Part shown: positions 59,863 through 64,000 of the stretch, piece after piece
How positions within the stretch are numbered: the first letter of the stretch is position 1
Layout: every line of letters begins with the position of its first letter
NCBI GenBank assembly: GCA_046075565.1
Contig: JBJTQJ010000025.1
Span: forward strand, 1-64,000
DNA length: 64,000 nt
Source of the DNA: Verrucomicrobiales bacterium
GTDB taxonomy: Bacteria > Verrucomicrobiota > Verrucomicrobiia > Verrucomicrobiales > SLCJ01
Direction of reading: 5' to 3'
Position numbers and translations under genes: made by a program
Notes under the pieces: model-generated
The model's input: only the letters and a program-made list of their open reading frames with translations
Told to the model about the DNA's origin: nothing
Databases searched by the model: none

Positions 59863-60480
59863 TCAGGCTTCAGGGGCCGAACCTGCGATGGCGAGCGAGA
59901 TTTCCACTTCGTCGGAAACCTTGTCCGTCGGGGCGGCAGGGTTGATGTCGAAATCGGCGCGCTTCACCTTGAAGGTGCTGCGGACAACCAGCAGATCACC
60001 TTTCATTTGGCCGCCGGTGCGGTCGGCGAGTTTGCCTGGAAGAAGGGTGACCTTGGCCGGCACCGAGATTTTCTGGGTCTTGCCCTTCATGGTGAAATCA
60101 CCCTCGACGGTGGCTTCGACCACGTTGCCGTTCTTTTTCACGTCCTTGAGTGCGCCGACTTTGAAGGAGATTTCCCCATGAGTGGAGGTGTCCATCCAGT
60201 CCTTGCCATGCATGTGTTCCTTCATGACCGGGTTTTCAACGCTCAGGGATTTGGCATCGATGGAGATGGTGCCGGTGGTGGCCTCGGGCTTGTCGGCATC
60301 GATGACAAGCGAACCGGAAACGCCATTGGCAACGCCGGAGATGGTTTCGAGAGGGGCGTCGAGTTTGAAGGTGGCATTATTGACACCCTTCGGATCCTTG
60401 AAGTCGAAGGACTTGGGTGCCGCAATGGCGGGGAGGGCGGCGAAAGCGGCGATAGCAGAGGTGATAAGAAGCGATTTCAT
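59863..60480 (-). CDS. YceI-family periplasmic protein
   Basis: Signal peptide, GTISIDAKSL, GDFTMKG and RADFDI...VSDEV. Confidence 0.88.
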   Translation of the reverse strand: MKSLLITSAIAAFAALPAIAAPKSFDFKDPKGVNNATFKLDAPLETISGVANGVSGSLVIDADKPEATTGTISIDAKSLSVENPVMKEHMHGKDWMDTSTHGEISFKVGALKDVKKNGNVVEATVEGDFTMKGKTQKISVPAKVTLLPGKLADRTGGQMKGDLLVVRSTFKVKRADFDINPAAPTDKVSDEVEISLAIAGSAPEA

Positions 60481-60692
60481 GGTATGGGGGCTGGTGTTGT
60501 GGGGGCTGTTGCGCCGCAAGCCGGCGCCCGGATTCATTTTAATGAAGGATCTTCCGCTGATCGATCCCCCGGGGTCACCGCATTCCCTTTCCCCGCCAAA
60601 GCAGGGTTATTCACGCATTTTCAACCCAGCCTCTAGGTTCGAGACCCTTTCTTTGACTCCGGGGCCGGTTTGGGCCAGATTCCCTGGTCCCC

Positions 60693-61637
60693 ATGAAAAT
60701 TCTCATTACCGGAGGCGCCGGATTCATCGGTTCGCATGTTGGACGTCAGCTCACCGCTGACGGACACGAGATAATCGTGCTCGACGACTTCAACGATTAC
60801 TACGATCCGTCGATCAAGCGAGCCAATCTGGCCGAGCGTCTGCCGGGAGCCACGGTGATCGAAGGCGACATCCGGGATCGCGATGCGGTGCGCCGCGCCT
60901 TTGCCGAGAATCCGGGGGCGGTGATTCACCTCGCAGCCCGTGCCGGAGTGCGTCCTTCCCTGAAAGACCCCGAGCTTTACCTTTCGACCAACATCAATGG
61001 CACCTATAACTTGCTCGAAGCAGCGCGGGAAAATGGCGTGAGGAAATTTGTGTTCGCTTCCAGCTCGTCGGTCTATGGAGTGAATCCGAAAGTGCCCTTC
61101 TCTGAAGACGACACCCTTCAGCGCACCATTTCGCCGTATGCCATGACCAAACTGGCGGGCGAACACCTTTGTTCGAACTATTCCCACCTGCACGGCCTCC
61201 AGACGATCTGCCTGCGTTTCTTCACCGTCTATGGCGCGGGCCAACGCCCCGATCTCGCCATCCATAAATTCACCCGCTGGATCCAAGAAGCCAGACCGGT
61301 GGACATGTATGGTGATGGCGATACGGAGCGCGATTACACCTACATCGACGACATCGTGCAGGGTGTCATTGGCGCGTTCCAATACGAGGATGCCGCTTTT
61401 GATATTTTCAATCTCGGCGAGTCGCAGACCACGAAACTCCGCGACTTGATCGCCACCATCGAGTCCGCTCTGGGCAAAAAAGCGGTCATCAACCGCATGC
61501 CAGAACAGCCCGGCGACGTGCCCCGCACCTTCGCCGATATCAGCAAGGCAAGGAAATTGCTCGGATATCAACCGACGACGAAGATCAAAGACGGTATTCC
61601 GAAATTCGTGGAGTGGTTCCTCTCGAAACAGAAGTGA
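60693..61637 (+). CDS. NAD-dependent nucleotide-sugar epimerase (UDP-glucuronate 4-epimerase-like)
   Basis: TGGAGFIG, HLAARAGVR, SSSSVYG, YxxxK and RFFTVYG...RPD. Confidence 0.92.
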   Translation: MKILITGGAGFIGSHVGRQLTADGHEIIVLDDFNDYYDPSIKRANLAERLPGATVIEGDIRDRDAVRRAFAENPGAVIHLAARAGVRPSLKDPELYLSTNINGTYNLLEAARENGVRKFVFASSSSVYGVNPKVPFSEDDTLQRTISPYAMTKLAGEHLCSNYSHLHGLQTICLRFFTVYGAGQRPDLAIHKFTRWIQEARPVDMYGDGDTERDYTYIDDIVQGVIGAFQYEDAAFDIFNLGESQTTKLRDLIATIESALGKKAVINRMPEQPGDVPRTFADISKARKLLGYQPTTKIKDGIPKFVEWFLSKQK

Positions 61638-61664
61638 GGTTCCTCGACGCCGGAAAAATGTCCT

Positions 61665-63260
61665 TCACCATCTGGTGATGCGGGTCGGCGAGCGAAGGCT
61701 TTCCACCGGCTCGGGATAATCCATGGTGTAATGGAGGCCGCGGCTTTCCTTGCGCCGGAGGGCGCTATCCACGATCAGGGCGGCGGTATCGACAAGATTG
61801 CGCAGGTCGAGCATGTCCGATGTGACGCGGAAGTTCCAGTAAAACTCCTGGACCTCGCGGCGCAAGTTGCGGAGCCGGGCGGTGGCACGGAGCAGACGTT
61901 TGTCGGTGCGCACGATGGAGGCGTAGTCCCACATGCAACGGCGGATCTCATCCCAGTTGTGGTAAATGACCACCAACTCGTCGAGGTCGGTGGCATCGCC
62001 GCTCTTCCATTCCGGAAGCGTGATTTCTTCGCCCTTTCTTTCGATGGGCAAGCGGCGCTTCATATCCTCGACCGCACGATGAGCGACGACCGCTCCCTCA
62101 AGCAGCGAATTGCTGGCGAGGCGATTGGCTCCATGCAATCCGGTGCAGGCAACCTCGCCCACCGCATAGAGTCCAGTCAGTGTGGATCGGCCATTGATGT
62201 CGGTTTCCACGCCACCGCACATATAGTGGGCGGCCGGGACGACCGGGATGGGCTCCTTGGAGATATCGATACCGACCGAAAGGCAGGTTTCGTAAATGTG
62301 GGGAAAACGCTCGATAAGGAAATCCTTCGGCTTGTGCGAGATATTGAGCCACATGCAACGGCTGCCCGTGCGTTTGATCTCGCGGTCAATGGCGCGGGCG
62401 ACGATGTCACGCGGGGCCAGCGATTCCCGTTCGTCGTATTTGGCCATGAACGGCTGGCCATCCGGACCGACGAGCACGCCGCCTTCTCCGCGGACGACTT
62501 CGGAAATCAGGAAGTTCGTGATCTGATGGTGGTAGAGGCAGGTCGGGTGGAACTGGATGAATTCCATGTTTGCGATGCGGGCCCCGGCGCGCCAGGCCAT
62601 GGCCACCCCGTCGCCGGTCGCCGTGTCGGGGTTGGTCGTGTAGAGATAGACTTTTCCGCATCCGCCCGTGCAGAGGATCATGCGATCGCTGCGCAGGACA
62701 CCGACATCGCCCGTGATCTCATTGAGCACATAACATCCGAGCACGCGATCGAGGACCCCGAGGCCAAGCTTGCCCGCCGTGATGAGATCAATGGCGCAGT
62801 GATTCTCCCTCATCACGATACCGGGGTGGGCGCGGACGCGGGCCAGCAGCTTGTCGGAGATTTCCTTGCCGGTCGTATCTCTGGAGTGTAATACACGTCG
62901 TTTGGTGTGTCCTCCCTCGCGCCCGAGATCGAGTTCTTCATGGCCGTTGATCTCACGGCGGTCGAACTCCACGCCGAGTTCCATCAGCTCGCGGATACGG
63001 GCCGGACCCTCCTCGACGATCGCACGCACGACGGCCTCGTCGCAAAGCCCGGCACCGGCACCGAGGGTATCCTGCACGTGCAGGTCGAAGCTGTCCTCCG
63101 TGCTGGTGACGCAGGCGATGCCGCCTTGGGCCCAAGCGGTGTTGCTATCCTCGCCGCGTTGTTTGGTGATGATACAAACACTGCCGAGTTCGGCGGCCTT
63201 GAGGGCTACGCTGAGCCCGGCGATGCCGCTGCCGACGATGACGAAGTCAAAGGTTTCCAT
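61665..63260 (-). CDS. nadB: L-aspartate oxidase
   Basis: GSGIAG, AQGGIA, QFHPT, HYMCGG and HGANRLASNSL. Confidence 0.96.
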   Translation of the reverse strand: METFDFVIVGSGIAGLSVALKAAELGSVCIITKQRGEDSNTAWAQGGIACVTSTEDSFDLHVQDTLGAGAGLCDEAVVRAIVEEGPARIRELMELGVEFDRREINGHEELDLGREGGHTKRRVLHSRDTTGKEISDKLLARVRAHPGIVMRENHCAIDLITAGKLGLGVLDRVLGCYVLNEITGDVGVLRSDRMILCTGGCGKVYLYTTNPDTATGDGVAMAWRAGARIANMEFIQFHPTCLYHHQITNFLISEVVRGEGGVLVGPDGQPFMAKYDERESLAPRDIVARAIDREIKRTGSRCMWLNISHKPKDFLIERFPHIYETCLSVGIDISKEPIPVVPAAHYMCGGVETDINGRSTLTGLYAVGEVACTGLHGANRLASNSLLEGAVVAHRAVEDMKRRLPIERKGEEITLPEWKSGDATDLDELVVIYHNWDEIRRCMWDYASIVRTDKRLLRATARLRNLRREVQEFYWNFRVTSDMLDLRNLVDTAALIVDSALRRKESRGLHYTMDYPEPVESLRSPTRITRW

Positions 63261-63278
63261 GGAGAGGGTAAAACGGGA

Positions 63279-64000
63279 TTACGCGGCCGGTGGCCCGCCG
63301 GGTGGAACCAAATCGATGTTGTCGATGAGCCGGACGTGACCGAAGAAGACGGCCGCGGCGAGAAAGGCCGGTCGATTGATGATTGGCAAAGGAATCAGGG
63401 TCTCCTCATCGACAATCTCGAGGTAGTCGATTCTGGCCATCGAGGAGGAGGCGATCGGTTCCCTTGCGAGGGCGAGCAGAGAGGCTGCATCGGTTTCTCC
63501 GCCGGCAAGCGCGTCGGCTGCAGCGAGCAGGCCTTTTCGGATGGCCGGGGCTTGTGCACGGGACACCGGGTCGAGGCGGCGGTTTCGTGAACTCATGGCC
63601 AGGCCATCGTCCTCCCGCACCGTATCAGCACCAAGGATCTCGACCGGAATATCCAGATCGCGGACCATCCGGCGGATGACCGCGAGTTGTTGTCGGTCCT
63701 TTTTTCCGAAGATGGCGATGTCCGGCTGGACGAGGTTGAATAGTTTGCTAACAACCGTGCAGACACCGGAAAAATGGCCGGGACGGCTGGCCCCGCAGAG
63801 CGGCAAAGAGACTTTTTCTTCGTTCACCCGGGTGGAGGCATCGGGTGCATACATGGCCGCGACCTCGGGCGAAAAGAGCAGGTCGGTTCCGTTGGCGGAG
63901 GCAATGCGCGCGTCCTCATCCGGTGTGCGTGGGTAAACGGCAAAGTCTTCCTTGGGGCCGAACTGGGTGGGATTCACAAAAAGCGTCGCGACCACTGTTC
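63279..64000 (-). CDS. panC: Pantoate--beta-alanine ligase (5' end outside the window)
   Basis: FVNPTQF, RPGHF, FGKKD, GLAMSSRN and RLIDN. Confidence 0.96.
   Translation of the reverse strand, partial: TVVATLFVNPTQFGPKEDFAVYPRTPDEDARIASANGTDLLFSPEVAAMYAPDASTRVNEEKVSLPLCGASRPGHFSGVCTVVSKLFNLVQPDIAIFGKKDRQQLAVIRRMVRDLDIPVEILGADTVREDDGLAMSSRNRRLDPVSRAQAPAIRKGLLAAADALAGGETDAASLLALAREPIASSSMARIDYLEIVDEETLIPLPIINRPAFLAAAVFFGHVRLIDNIDLVPPGGPPAA

Overview
GC-rich bacterial chromosome segment. Gene content and the protein sorting-type motifs suggest Verrucomicrobiota (inference). Most of it is housekeeping: fkpA-like PPIase, tig-clpP, an lpxL-waaF fusion, secG, an Aas-like ligase, hemW, lptD, cysS, argB-argD, pgk-tpiA, a full F1Fo atp operon, queC, rplS, metH, nadB and partial panC. 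It also has many secreted carbohydrate or sulfate hydrolases. The accessory DNA is mostly invisible in the ORF track. (1) Bases 1-2735 hold an IS3 right end and two integron attC sites. These bracket a self-complementary 1.66 kb esterase cassette, followed by a decayed RelB/DinJ + MazF/PemK toxin-antitoxin cassette; no intI is in the window. (2) A 139 bp MITE with an 11 bp target duplication is inserted in frame in a hicA pseudogene. (3) Intergenic inverted-repeat elements with 6-, 7- and 9-nt internal periodicity recur, including a ~165 bp composite present twice, alongside several GTAG/GGAG REP-like hairpins. (4) An uncharacterised two-gene operon pairs a membrane protein with a GTPase; the membrane protein seems to end in a degenerate copy of its partner's GTPase domain. 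(5) There is a furin/kexin-like convertase with an RFKR pro-site. No rRNA, tRNA or CRISPR array was recognised. All family assignments come from motif recognition by eye, with no database searches.
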